From positions 1 through 64,000 of the forward strand of contig CAXXHG010000032.1 of assembly GCA_963666315.2 (NCBI GenBank): 64,000 bases of DNA, given 5' to 3'. Positions 1 to 9,515 of this stretch are shown here, piece after piece. The notes below the pieces were generated by a model, which had not been told where the DNA came from, ran no database searches, and saw nothing but the letters and a program-made list of their open reading frames with translations. The DNA comes from Candidatus Binatia bacterium (lineage in GTDB: Bacteria > Desulfobacterota > Binatia > Bin18). Each line of letters begins with the position of its first letter. Positions within the stretch are counted from its first letter, which is position 1. Both the position numbers and the translations under genes were made by a program.

Positions 1-485
1 ACAATAACGTAGGCCAGTGTACGTCCATATCTATCCTTCGCGTTCTCCTCACATACATCTAGCGTGACCGTTTTCCCTTCAATGAGAGTGGCATTCCTCT
101 CTGTCGCAGCATCGAATCTAGCGTCACCTCTCTCGGGGGTATCAATCCCTATGAATCGCACTCGCTCGCCAGTGGTTAGCTCGACGGTGTCTCCGTCAAT
201 AACACGAGACACCGCAGCACAACGATTCGTCTCATAAGAGAGCTGCTTGCACTTCGGGGCTGGGCTGGTGTTTGGCAGCAGTGTCGGGTGTGCTGGTGAG
301 GGGGGACGGCGGGAGAGTGACGAGCTACGACAATGGTACTGCCCGGTAACTAGCCCCCAACGGGTGCAATTCGTCCGACAGCTATGGCAGCCTAGGGAAT
401 TCGTTCGGCCAGGATGAGCTAACGCGGCAACGGCAACCACGCTCCAGAGAAAGAGCGAGCTGACAAGTATCATGCTGCATCTCAT
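1..485 (-). CDS. Secreted YHYH-like Cys/His domain + thermonuclease (SNase) family protein, runs off left edge
   Basis: Manual translation (absent from ORF track): MRCSMILVSSLFLWSVVAVAALA|HPGRTNSLGCHSCRTNCTRWGLVTGQYHC, Pro-rich linker, then VSRVIDGDTVELTTGERVRFIGIDTPE...DRYGRTLAYV (SNase motifs). Confidence 0.85.
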   Translation of the reverse strand, partial: MRCSMILVSSLFLWSVVAVAALAHPGRTNSLGCHSCRTNCTRWGLVTGQYHCRSSSLSRRPPSPAHPTLLPNTSPAPKCKQLSYETNRCAAVSRVIDGDTVELTTGERVRFIGIDTPERGDARFDAATERNATLIEGKTVTLDVCEENAKDRYGRTLAYVI

Positions 486-887
486 TACGGCGGTCGTCAT
501 GATGGGATCCAGACTTGCAGGCCGTCCCTACGTCAAACTGACTCGCTACGGCTGCCAGATAACTGGCACCAACATCGGTCCATCGGCCGTCTTCATGGTC
601 TTCAAAGCGGGGATGCACCTACATGAGTTTGGCGGATCCGTAGGATATGGTCAACGGATTGGTTCAAAGATCCGCGGGGAACGTTGAAACCGATCATACG
701 GGAGCTTGATCAAATCCGAGACCAGACATTCAAGCAGGAAGGCCGAGAGGTTGCCTACTATCCAGGAAGTTGCTCCCTCGGTTATTGGGAGGGTAGCGGA
801 CAATCCTCCTGACCCCGTCGTCCACCACGAACCAATAAATATCAATGCAATGTCTTGCCCAAGCCGCCATTCGTGCGCTAGGACACG

Positions 888-1127
888 ATGATGCGATGGT
901 TCTTCACCATATGCCTCCTTGTGACTGGCCTCCTATGTAGCCCGGACGCCCACGCGGACGACATCGCTGAGCTCCGGGCACGGGCGGAGCAAGGCCTTGC
1001 CAGCGCCCAGTTCAATCGGGGCGCCATGTACCACAGCGGCCTAGGGGCCGTGCAGGATTACAAGCAAGCGGTGTTCTGGTACCGCAAGGCGGCCGGGAAG
1101 GGAGGAGGTTATGAGTACAGCGAATGA
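888..1127 (+). pseudogene. Sel1-repeat (SLR) protein, signal peptide plus one repeat, truncated
   Basis: Hydrophobic leader then AEQGLASAQFNRGAMYHSGLGAVQDYKQAVFWYRKAA; runs into unrelated sequence. Confidence 0.8.
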
Positions 1128-1196
1128 GCAGTCGTAGTCGATTTTTTTAAAGCCTTCGATCAGCTGGATTTGGAGCGGGCGCTGGCCAGTTTTCAA
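1111..1196 (+). pseudogene. SnoaL/limonene epoxide hydrolase-like N-terminal stump
   Basis: GGAGG RBS + ATG; MSTANEQ/VVDFFKAFDQLDLERALASF with a frameshift. Confidence 0.4.
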
Positions 1197-1232
1197 AAAC
1201 AGATCAGTTAGGGGACCATACAGGAGGGAGAT

Positions 1233-2279
1233 ATGAACTTTGGCCTACTCTTCGCGTTTGAGAATCCACACCCGTGGCAGGTCTCTTCGGCCCAGTTGTG
1301 TCGCAGCATGGTGAACCAAGCGATATTAGCTGAAGAGCTGGGCTATGATCATATTTGGACAGCCGAGCACCACGGCACCGACGACTATTTCCCGTCCTCA
1401 TTTCCTTTGCTCGCCGCCATGGCGACCCAGACCAGTCGCATTCGGCTCGGGACCTATATCGTTATTTTGCCCCTCTACCATCCGCTACAGGTGGCGGAAG
1501 AAGCCGCCACTCTCGACGCCTTGTCAGATGGGCGCTTCGACCTGGGGATGGGCCAAGGCTATGTGGTGGATGAGTACGCCGCTTACAATATCCCGCGCCA
1601 GCAGCGTTCGACTCGGATGGAAGAAGGACTGGCAATTATTCAAGGATTGTGGACGCAAGAGACATTTTCCTATACGGGCAAGCACTTCACGATTGGCCCG
1701 ATTTCTCTCCGCCCACGACCGGTACAAGCCCGACCGCCTCTGTGGGTCGCTGGTCTCACGCCGAAGTCTATAGATCGTGTGGCCCGCTATGCTTGCCACT
1801 TTGCGGGGGCGGGGAGTGCAGCGACCAACCAACTGTATGCGGACAGTTTGCGGCGGCATGGTCATGATCCAGCAGATTTCAACACGGCCGCGCTCCGGTT
1901 GGTATATCTGTCCGACACGCGAGAGCAGGCCTGGGCGGAATGCGCTCCGCATGTGCGGCATCGCATGGCCGTCTATACACAGAAGCTGGACGAGGCCGGT
2001 GATTTTACCTTGCCCGGCGGTTATTTTGGGGTAGACCCGCTGCCGCCTGCTGACGCGCTGGGGAAAGCCCAAGGGCTCCACTTTTTTGGCGCGCCACCGA
2101 TTATCGGCACGGCGGACGATGCCATTCGAGAACTCACCCGCTCACAGCAAGAGGCGGGGGTGACCCATCTGGTGCTATGGATGCAGATCGGCGGTATTGA
2201 CCCGCGGCGGGCCGAGCATTCCATGCGTTTGTTTGCGAAAGAGGTCATGCCCCACTTTGCAGGAGAGTCTCGTGCGTAG
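1233..2279 (+). CDS. LLM class flavin-dependent oxidoreductase
   Basis: AEELGYDHIWTAEHH, RIRLGT, AEEAATLDALSDGRFDLGMGQGY; GGAGGGAG RBS. Confidence 0.93.
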   Translation: MNFGLLFAFENPHPWQVSSAQLCRSMVNQAILAEELGYDHIWTAEHHGTDDYFPSSFPLLAAMATQTSRIRLGTYIVILPLYHPLQVAEEAATLDALSDGRFDLGMGQGYVVDEYAAYNIPRQQRSTRMEEGLAIIQGLWTQETFSYTGKHFTIGPISLRPRPVQARPPLWVAGLTPKSIDRVARYACHFAGAGSAATNQLYADSLRRHGHDPADFNTAALRLVYLSDTREQAWAECAPHVRHRMAVYTQKLDEAGDFTLPGGYFGVDPLPPADALGKAQGLHFFGAPPIIGTADDAIRELTRSQQEAGVTHLVLWMQIGGIDPRRAEHSMRLFAKEVMPHFAGESRA

Positions 2280-2353
2280 GGCGTAAGCGGTGAACAGCGC
2301 GAGAACTGGACAGTTGAACAGAAACGGAATGCGACAATAGAAGGAGGTGCGTC

Positions 2354-3376
2354 ATGGCCATTGCTGGACAACGCTATTGGGGGGTGGTCGTGCCCCAACC
2401 AGCCACACAGCTCGTAGCATTCGCCAAACAGGCGGAAGACCTAGGACTAGAAGGATTGTGAGGCGTCCAGTTGCCAGGAGCACCGTTTCTGCCCTTGGCG
2501 ACCGCGGCTGCTGGGACAGAACGCCTCAAGCTGGGCACAGGTGTGGCACTGGCCTTTGTCCGCAGCCCGCTGGAAACCGCCATGTCCGCCCTTGATCTCG
2601 ACATTATTAGTGGGGGGCGGGTGGTATTAGGGATCGGCCCGAGTGTTCAGGTCATCAATGAGGGCTGGCACGGTCTCTCCTATGACAAGCCTCTGGCACG
2701 GCTACGCGAAGCCGTGACGCTCATCAGACACATTATTGAGAACGCCCATACCGGCGCACTGGGAAAATGGGCGGGGACCTACTACACGGCAGACTTCAGC
2801 GGCATGCCTCTGCCGCAACCCGTTCGGCCCCGTATTCCGGTCTATCTGCCCGCGCTCTTTACCCGCGCCGTGCGATTGGCGGCGGACATAGCGGATGGGC
2901 TTGCCGGGCATCCGATGTGGTCGCACAAGTGGATCCAGGAGCAAGTCGTGCCGACGCTCACGACAGGCTTACAAGCGGCCAGCAAACCCCGGGCAGACTT
3001 TGACCTGAATATTTGGACGTATGTCGCTATCAACGCGGACCGCGGCCAGGCCCTTGCCGATGCGCGAGGGCAGGTGGCGTTCTACGCCTCGATCAGCCAG
3101 TACGAGAAGTATTTCGAGGCCCATGGCTTCGGGGAACCCGCCCGTCAAGCGGCAGCGGCGGCTCAGCGCGGGGATATGGATGCCCTGGTGGGTGCCATTC
3201 CCGACGAGATGGTCGAAACGTTTGCCACAGTCGGCACTGCAGATGAAGTCCGTCAGCGGCTCGCTACCGTGTGGACAGTGGCGGATTCGGTGAGCGTGTT
3301 TCCCCCATCCGCTTTTTTAAGTCCCGAACAGATAGCGGCGTACCAGCAAGCGCTGATCGAAACAGTCTATCAGTAA
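2354..3376 (+). pseudogene. LLM class (F420-type) oxidoreductase with in-frame TGA at 2459-2461
   Basis: AAGGAGG RBS, ATG 2354 in frame with ORF 2471-3376; ...AEDLGLEGL*GVQ... (stop at a likely Trp position); TERLKLGTGVALAFVRSP. Confidence 0.85.
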
Positions 3377-3409
3377 GAGTTTCAATCTCACTCTATTCGA
3401 GATAAGGCG

Positions 3410-3815
3410 CGGGGACAGGCCGGGGAAGGGGCTACGCAGATACGCCGGGGTCTGGCCGCCTACCGGGTTACAGAAGGAGGACTAGGAGAAGCGCATCTTC
3501 TTGGCATGCTCGCCGAGGCGCACGGGACAGCAGGCCAAATTTAGGAAGGCCTGACAACCGTGACAGAAGCGTTGGCCTCTGCGGATCGGGCGACGATAGC
3601 TTCGTCGACGCGAAATTGCATCGGTTGAAGGGAAACCTGACCCTACAATCTTACGTTCGGGAGTCAAGGTTCCAGTCTGAAGAAGAAACCGAAGCCAGTT
3701 TTCAGTAAGCGCTCGCTGTTGCTCGTCAGCAAGAAGCGAAGTCGCTGGAACTCCGCGCCGCCACGAGCCTAGCCCGGCTGTGGCAGCAGCAAGGGGAGCG
3801 GGCGGAAGCGCACGG
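3410..3815 (+). pseudogene. Adenylate cyclase/AAA-ATPase/TPR family, C-terminal TPR remnant
   Basis: GQAGEGATQIRRGLAAYRVT...LLGMLAEAHGTAGQI* and EASFQ*ALAVARQQEAKSLELRAATSLARLWQQQG; homologous to 32685-33540. Confidence 0.8.
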
Positions 3816-4021
3816 CCAGGGACGACCGAATGGCACGACGCAGCTGAGGCAACACCACTGCCACTGCACAGGAGCTGATAAAGCCGCTGATCTGGAAAGC
3901 TCCGCACACCCAAAATCCCATGGCGTTTCAAAAATTGGTCTATCGTATCCGCGTGGTGTCTGGGCCAATGAAACATATTCGTATAGACCACTTTTCTGGG
4001 AATAATAGTCACAGAAAGTTA

Positions 4022-4093
4022 GTTGCGGATAGGTTGCGGATCGTGCAGCATTCTGCGCGATCCTGCACCCCTAAGTCCGCTAAGCTATTGATT
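4022..4093 (+). promoter_or_regulatory. Integrase arm-like tandem repeat (GTTGCGGAT x2) and IHF-consensus site
   Basis: GTTGCGGAT at 4022 and 4033; TAAGCTATTGATT (4081-4093) matches the reverse complement of WATCAANNNNTTR; directly upstream of tRNA fragment. Confidence 0.55.
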
Positions 4094-4114
4094 TTCCAAG
4101 ACTCGTGGAGAATG

Positions 4115-4154
4115 CGTAATCAGTAGGTCGTCGGTTCGACTCCGATGGGTGGCT
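4115..4154 (+). mobile_element. 3' half of tRNA-Thr(CGT), att-site scar (attR-like)
   Basis: CGTAATCAGTAGGTCGTCGGTTCGACTCCGATGGGTGGCT = anticodon CGT, variable loop, T-arm GTCGG-TTCGACT-CCGAT, acceptor 3' strand; no 5' half or D-arm upstream. Confidence 0.8.
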
Positions 4155-4160
4155 TTCTTT

Positions 4161-4190
4161 AACCCCCTGTTCTTGCGGGGGGTTTTTCTT
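4161..4190 (+). terminator. Rho-independent terminator
   Basis: AACCCCCTG..GCGGGGGGTT hairpin followed by TTTTTCTT. Confidence 0.75.
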
Positions 4191-4334
4191 ATCATCGTTA
4201 CGAAGGTTGGATAGGCTGCAGTTTGAGTGACCTATAAGTGACCAGATGGGGGTTTTGCAGGTTCGCGGTGAGCTTGAGCGATAGGCAGTGCGCCCCCTGG
4301 TACGGAAGGGGCAAATCCATCAGCGCGCCCGGTG

Positions 4335-4422
4335 GGAACAAATAGTCAAGGGCTATGGCGTGCGCCATGATCTCAGGCGGAAAGCGGTGATTCTTATATG
4401 AGTCTGTAGTACGTAAGTGCAT
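4335..4422 (-). mobile_element. IS6-family transposase N-terminal remnant
   Basis: SYKNHRFPPEIMAHAIALDYLFP resembles the IS6 N-terminal YKxHRFPxEIIxHAVWLYxRFP. Confidence 0.7.
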
Positions 4423-4567
4423 CTCATGATTACTGCACGCGACCGTATGGCTTCACAAGGGGCCGATAAGTTGACAATACCTACGTTCATGTGACCAGGA
4501 AAAAGATGGCATTGCCAAGACACACCCTGCGTGACACGGTGGGGCATCTTTCACTGGGGGGTATGCT

Positions 4568-5845
4568 ATGGGCCAGATTAATGCCATCGAGAATCACGTT
4601 GCGGTAGGGAAGGAGACAGGGTCGTCGGCCTATGTGCCTCCCTTCCAACTCACAGCAGGGCAGCCCCCACCCATCGCGGCGAACGGTGGGTTGTCCTACA
4701 TGTCGTTCGATCGGGACGGGGATGCAGGAACTGCGTTGGCGACGGAGGCGGCGCTCCGCCGGATTGCCGAGGGGGACGGGCAGGCGGTGATCGACATGAT
4801 CGAGAACGCCCCCCCGGGCCCCATTGAGACCAAGTGGGGCGTCGGGTTTCGTAGCTACGAAGAGTGCCTGGACTATATTCGGGCGACCAAGATCGAAGCC
4901 CCTGAGGGCGGCCTCGCGCTTCCGCTGCGTTACACCGTCCACGAGCAGCCGGCCTACACCGTCGTCTTGTCCAACGCACTCTGGCGGGACCCGGCGCGTG
5001 CGGCCGAAGCAAAAGTGTTGCGCAAGGACGAGGAGGACAACGGGCGGCGACGCCTCTATTTTCCGCAGGTGCTGCGCGACGCGCGCCGCATGGAGGAGTA
5101 CTACCCCGGGCTGTCGCCCACCAGCGCCGCGTGCATGGACAAGCTGGGCGTCTCGCTGGCCCACTGCGAGTCCACGTGCGAGAACTTCTACGACGCGGCG
5201 GAGGTAGAGCGCGTGTTCTACCCGGAGATGGAGCAGCCCCTCTTGGACTTTTTCCCGGGTGCGACGGATGCGCTCGTGTACAACCACGACGTGTTTAACA
5301 AGGACTACGACGGCGACCGCACGGAAGACCAGGACAACAAGAACCCGGGTGTGAACGCCAACTACGCAAACATCGTGCATAACGACCTGAACGACAACAG
5401 CGGCCGCGTGCGCTGTCGCGAACTGCTCACGAAGAACCTGCGGAACTTCGGGCGCGAGCAGCACTACACGGAGGCGCAGGCCGACGCGAAGATGGCGCGG
5501 CGGTTCATGTCGATCAACCTGGCCAAGCCGATGGAGACGGTGGGCCAGAACCCCTTCGTACTCTGCGCCTGGCCGTCTTTCGCTGACCAGCCGTACATCA
5601 CTAACTACCGCATCTACAACGACCGCGTCGGCGAGACCACCCGCTTCACCTACCGCCCTGACCACGAGTGGTACTGGTTCCCTCAGCAGACCTCCACCGA
5701 GGTCTCGATGCTCAAGTGCTACGACTCGGTCACCGACGGCTCGGTCTCGCGCTGGTCTTTCCACACTGCCTGCCTCGATCCGACCGCGCCCGACGATGCT
5801 CCGTGCCGCAAGAACCTCGTGGTCCGATCCTACGTCTTCTTCTAA
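4568..5845 (+). CDS. CmcJ/NvfI-like (GA4-desaturase-like) oxidoreductase with N-terminal extension
   Basis: [33 protein letters not shown]...[18 protein letters not shown]; strong GC3 bias on this strand. Confidence 0.8.
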   Translation: MGQINAIENHVAVGKETGSSAYVPPFQLTAGQPPPIAANGGLSYMSFDRDGDAGTALATEAALRRIAEGDGQAVIDMIENAPPGPIETKWGVGFRSYEECLDYIRATKIEAPEGGLALPLRYTVHEQPAYTVVLSNALWRDPARAAEAKVLRKDEEDNGRRRLYFPQVLRDARRMEEYYPGLSPTSAACMDKLGVSLAHCESTCENFYDAAEVERVFYPEMEQPLLDFFPGATDALVYNHDVFNKDYDGDRTEDQDNKNPGVNANYANIVHNDLNDNSGRVRCRELLTKNLRNFGREQHYTEAQADAKMARRFMSINLAKPMETVGQNPFVLCAWPSFADQPYITNYRIYNDRVGETTRFTYRPDHEWYWFPQQTSTEVSMLKCYDSVTDGSVSRWSFHTACLDPTAPDDAPCRKNLVVRSYVFF

Positions 5846-5849
5846 GAAG

Positions 5850-5970
5850 ACAAACCACCGAAGCCAGGGAACTCCTCGCCCCCGTCTACGCCTGGTTCAC
5901 CGAAGGCTTTGACACCGTGGATTTGAAGGAGGCGCAGGCATTGTTAGATGAACTGGCAGCGGGGCGGTAA
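5850..5970 (+). pseudogene. Adenylate cyclase/AAA-ATPase/TPR family, extreme C-terminal remnant
   Basis: [35 protein letters not shown]. Confidence 0.85.
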
Positions 5971-5982
5971 GGGAGCACCGGG

Positions 5983-6168
5983 ATGAAAACGTCCACGGCG
6001 ACTCGCCATGGCTACCGCTGTCCTCGATGCCGAGATGAAACCACGGATGATCCCGCTGGCAAAGGATTCGTGCGGCATAAGAACAACCCGCACTGTCTGT
6101 TTGAAAAAGGGGAACGAGACGAGGTGGATGACAAACCCCTGAGACCCCGCGAGGCAACGGACGCGTAA
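5983..6168 (+). CDS. Small putative zinc-binding protein
   Basis: GGGAG RBS; CPRC...HxxxxxC; 61 aa. Confidence 0.4.
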   Translation: MKTSTATRHGYRCPRCRDETTDDPAGKGFVRHKNNPHCLFEKGERDEVDDKPLRPREATDA

Positions 6169-6331
6169 GCCCCCAGGGCTGGCCTCGATTGCGACACTCG
6201 CGGGCGGTCCCGGATGGCTTGGGGGCATTACAGCCTCGGCCCTTTATGGGATTATTAATAGATAATTCCTAGCCAAAAATAGGCAGTGCTTAGCGTGAAG
6301 AAATTTTTATCATTTAGAAGAGGAGATACCA

Positions 6332-6703
6332 ATGTTTAGTCATATTATGGTTGGTGCAAATGATATAGAGGAATCGAAAGTATTTTACGATGCGGTTTTA
6401 GGGGCGATTGGCTATGAACCCGGGGTTATCGACCCTAAAGGTCGTTGTTTTTATGTAACAAAAACAGGTATTTTTTCAATCAGTATCCCGATAGATGGTG
6501 AACCCGCTGGGCCAGGCAATGGCAGCACGGTTGGATTTGCGGTTGATAGTCCAGAGGTTGGAGCCGCCTGGCATGCGGCGGGCTTGGCACATGGAGGAAC
6601 AACTTGTGAAGACCCTCCAGGGGTGCGCGATAATAATATATATCTTGCGTATTTACGTGACCCCGCTGGTAATAAGATATGCGTACTTCATCGGATGGGT
6701 TAA
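6332..6703 (+). CDS. VOC/glyoxalase family protein
   Basis: MFSHIMVGANDIE...GNGSTVGF...YLAYLRDPAGNKIC; GAGGAG RBS; AT-richer than flanks. Confidence 0.92.
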   Translation: MFSHIMVGANDIEESKVFYDAVLGAIGYEPGVIDPKGRCFYVTKTGIFSISIPIDGEPAGPGNGSTVGFAVDSPEVGAAWHAAGLAHGGTTCEDPPGVRDNNIYLAYLRDPAGNKICVLHRMG

Positions 6704-7020
6704 AATGAGCAGTTGGCGCATGGGTGGACCGTGGGGTTCGAGGTCCAAACAACTCTGAAACAACCCCCATGTCCTGACGTGCTCGAGATTCGGCGCGCAC
6801 AAGCCGTGTGGAAGCAGTGATCGTCTTAAATCACAGGAAGGCGTTTTTACAGCGGAGCGACGGGGGCGGGAGCAGATTCGCAAGGTGTTGGGTAGGAGCC
6901 CCCCTCAGCGTCGTCAACAACTTGTGAAAGAACCGATTGGTGCCGTGTGGGATCCTGTCTCAAGGACATCCTAGCAGGCGGTCGATTGACAAGCCTCCGA
7001 TTACTTGACAGGACCGTTCT

Positions 7021-7296
7021 ATGGCACTCATGGCACGCTATCGTTTTTTAGGCGGCGTCTATCATCTTGATCTGAGAGACACCGCAGGACAACAGGTTGT
7101 CACGCTACCGGGGAAATCTCCAGCGTCTGCGCAGACTCGAGGCAGGACGAGGGCAGTCGCCTATGAGAAGCGCGCGTTTGAGTGGCGGGCTGCGGACGGA
7201 CGGCACGTGCGTGGCCTACTCTATACCGACCAGTCAAAAACAGCGGATAAACAACAAGCCCTCCTCGACGACTATCGTGAACAGATGGGCGGCTAG
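7021..7296 (+). CDS. Hypothetical protein
   Basis: 91-aa ORF, no recognised motif. Confidence 0.35.
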   Translation: MALMARYRFLGGVYHLDLRDTAGQQVVTLPGKSPASAQTRGRTRAVAYEKRAFEWRAADGRHVRGLLYTDQSKTADKQQALLDDYREQMGG

Positions 7297-7362
7297 GCGG
7301 GGAAACCAGGAAGAGTGTTTTGTTACACTAGCCGTACGATTGCAAGGGGGGAGGAAAGCGCC

Positions 7363-7599
7363 ATGTCGGAAAGCCACGACGACCAGAGTAAATTCCGCTT
7401 GAAGAAGCTCAGCACTGAGGATGCCGAAGCGTTGATCGCCAAGGCTATCAGTGAGCACGTCGGGAAAGCCTATGTGTGTCACATTAAGAAGGTCCGCTAT
7501 CGGAGTGTCCTAGTCGATAGCGGCCACTTTGAAGTAGAGATCAGCGAGGACCTGGATTCCTCTCTTTTTGGTGAGAACAACGCTAGTGGACAGAAGTAG
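7363..7599 (+). CDS. Hypothetical protein
   Basis: GGAGGA RBS before ATG 7363; 78 aa with protein-like composition. Confidence 0.55.
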   Translation: MSESHDDQSKFRLKKLSTEDAEALIAKAISEHVGKAYVCHIKKVRYRSVLVDSGHFEVEISEDLDSSLFGENNASGQK

Positions 7600-7814
7600 G
7601 CGCAAAGCTAAATGCGCGCCTGCGAACGAGACAGTTAGTTATGGAACAGTTTACAATAACGAAGATGAGGTGTGATGGGAACGTGAGTATCTTTACACCA
7701 AGTCGTGACCTATCGTGACGTGCCACTATGTAACAACGGTGCGGGCGCGGAACAGCCAATAGTATCCAAAACAGTCAATATCACAGTTTGTTGGTTACAG
7801 ATCGTACTGTTAAG

Positions 7815-7979
7815 TTATCGAGACAGGGCACGGAACTCACGCAATGTGAGGTAGGCCACGAGTTCCCCGTGGGCAATTGCGTAGTCGAGGGTGCGTTGCG
7901 ACAGGCCCGAGCAGGTCGATGCTTCTGACTCGGTGAAGTAACGCTTTAGGGCGAGAAAGGCGGCCTGTGATGCAGACAT
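7815..7979 (-). CDS. Excisionase-like (HTH_17/Xis) small DNA-binding protein, possibly truncated
   Basis: Manual translation below ORF-track cutoff: MSASQAAFLALKRYFTESEASTCSGLSQRTLDYAIAHGELVAY... Confidence 0.6.
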   Translation of the reverse strand: MSASQAAFLALKRYFTESEASTCSGLSQRTLDYAIAHGELVAYLTLREFRALSR

Positions 7980-8011
7980 TTGCTAGCACTATCACACGAG
8001 TGCTAGTAAAT
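7978..8011. promoter_or_regulatory. 13-bp inverted repeat over the xis-like start (operator-like)
   Basis: ATTTGCTAGCACT-N8-AGTGCTAGTAAAT, one mismatch. Confidence 0.5.
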
Positions 8012-8199
8012 ATCACTAAAAGTGAATAATAGAAGGGTAGGGTATTAGGCGTTACCTCTGGGAATTTGTCGTTCCCAGCTGCTTTTTAATTTCTCTGCTA
8101 CTTTTTTCTCGTATGCCTTTTGACTGATAAGATGCGGGCCGAGCACCGTTTCGATAAGGTCTTTGATCCCATCAGTGTGGTGAGTACGTCGAAAAACGA

Positions 8200-8406
8200 G
8201 TGAGGCTGAGTAATATCATAGGCCCTGCTAACGCAGGAGAGGTTGCATCCCAAATACGCGACCAAAAAGGGTTTAGTGGTGGACGCTTTTATGTCAACGA
8301 ATTTCGGACTATTTTCACGCTGGTTCAGGAAGACTATGAGTTACGGTATGTCTATGTGGGTCAGCTGAATATCGATCAATGGTTTCCCGTCCCTGAATCT
8401 ACGTGA
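8200..8406 (+). pseudogene. C-terminal fragment of a hypothetical protein
   Basis: KGFSGGRFYVNEF...YVGQLNIDQWFP; no clear start. Confidence 0.35.
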
Positions 8407-8568
8407 GGGATTGAGTTCTTCACATGGAACGCCCTTGTACCGTGCTGCGCATATCTTGCTAATTCGGATCCGTGCTGTTGGCCGCACAACCTTTGCACGG
8501 ACAGACTATGCATTGATTATTAGCTGCCAGGTGGGACACTTGAGGGCGTTCCTCGGAACAGTAGTCCG

Positions 8569-8670
8569 ATGCATATGAGTTCCCACAGGATCTTTCTCGC
8601 TCCAACGGATCTCAGCAACTTCCTGAGTTGCCGCCACCTTTCCGTGCTAGATCTACGGGCAGCGAATGAC
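8569..8670 (+). pseudogene. Second TM0106-type nuclease N-terminal stump
   Basis: MHMSSHRIFLAPTDLSNFLSCRHLSVLDLRAAN aligns with MHRRSDRISLAPTDLGYFLSCRYLSSLDSRAAN at 11366(-). Confidence 0.8.
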
Positions 8671-8671
8671 C

Positions 8672-8766
8672 CAAGGGCACGCAGACGCAAAGTGGGATCT
8701 GGGGGCTGCGTATTATGCGGCCTACGGCGTAGAGCAGAACTACGGTGACGCAGCGGAGTGGTATGG
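8672..8766 (+). pseudogene. Single orphan Sel1 repeat
   Basis: QGHADAKWDLGAAYYAAYGVEQNYGDAAEWY. Confidence 0.65.
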
Positions 8767-8812
8767 CATTCTGGGGGTATTCTTGGGGGGACGCTCGAGA
8801 ACACCTTGAACT

Positions 8813-9305
8813 TTAGTCTTCCCCACCAATCCAAGTTGACCATGTCGCTGCTGTACTTGCCTGAAGGAGCCTCTGTCTCTTTGAATTTGAAAACGCGGCA
8901 AAGAAGTGTAGGCCCGTGGCGGCCTCAATCTGATTGATGTCCCGAATGCAATCGGCTGGACCATCTATACTCGCATCGTCAATGTTGCAGCCGCTGGCTA
9001 GGTCGCCAGGGTGATCGAACAGGAACCCAATAGCCTGTTCTCGAGCCGGATCAATAACGATTTTGAAGAACCCATGTTGCACACTGATATGCCACGTCTC
9101 AGGGGCATCTTTTCGACCAATCTTCCTCACCTCTACGTCATCAAGAAAGAGCGTCCCGGCAAAGAGCTGAAATTCGCGCCCCTCGTCAAGCATGGAACGC
9201 ACGTGCGTTTCCAGGAGCCGCCACACACCGGGTTGCCCATTGAACCGGGTGTGGAACTGCGGCGCGACATTGCTCATGGCGTTGATCTCGAAGACTGTAC
9301 AGGGT
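8813..9305 (-). pseudogene. DNA/RNA non-specific endonuclease (NUC), C-terminal part
   Basis: EINAMSNVAPQ...FN...VWRLLE...FFKIVID...IEAATGLHFF; N-terminal catalytic region missing. Confidence 0.75.
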
Positions 9306-9515
9306 ATGCGCCGTGATTTGGTGGTACGGCAAAAGAAGGCGTTTGAGAAATATCATGAATCAGGCGTCACCTGTTATGGCTACGGACCCCAGCCAGAAAC
9401 GGAGATTGCCTGGCTCAAGATGTGGGGCGAGCCTGTCCCCGACGAACTCATAGGCAGGGCCACCGGCGCAGAGAAAAAGCGCGTGGCAAAGTGGAAGCGG
9501 CGGCACGATCCGTCA

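Noticed and set aside
2459-2461. TGA read-through (Trp/Sec) or alternative genetic code
   Set aside because: Many intact genes end in TGA, TGG is used normally, and other internal stops are TAG/TAA; simple nonsense mutation fits better.
4115-4154. Complete tRNA genes here and at 19075-19119
   Set aside because: No acceptor 5' strand or D-arm upstream; only the 3' portions are present.
4487-5764. Long antisense ORFs (also 27905-28828, 46492-47427, 54322-55464)
   Set aside because: Shadows of high-GC3 genes on the opposite strand; no motifs.
7983-8006. CIRCE element
   Set aside because: Arms resemble TTAGCACTC/GAGTGCTAA but the spacer is 6 nt rather than 9 and no chaperone gene follows.
8012-8024. 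ATCACTAAAAGTG shared with the IS256 terminus
   Set aside because: Only 13 nt, lacks the terminal bases and has no transposase context; may be chance.
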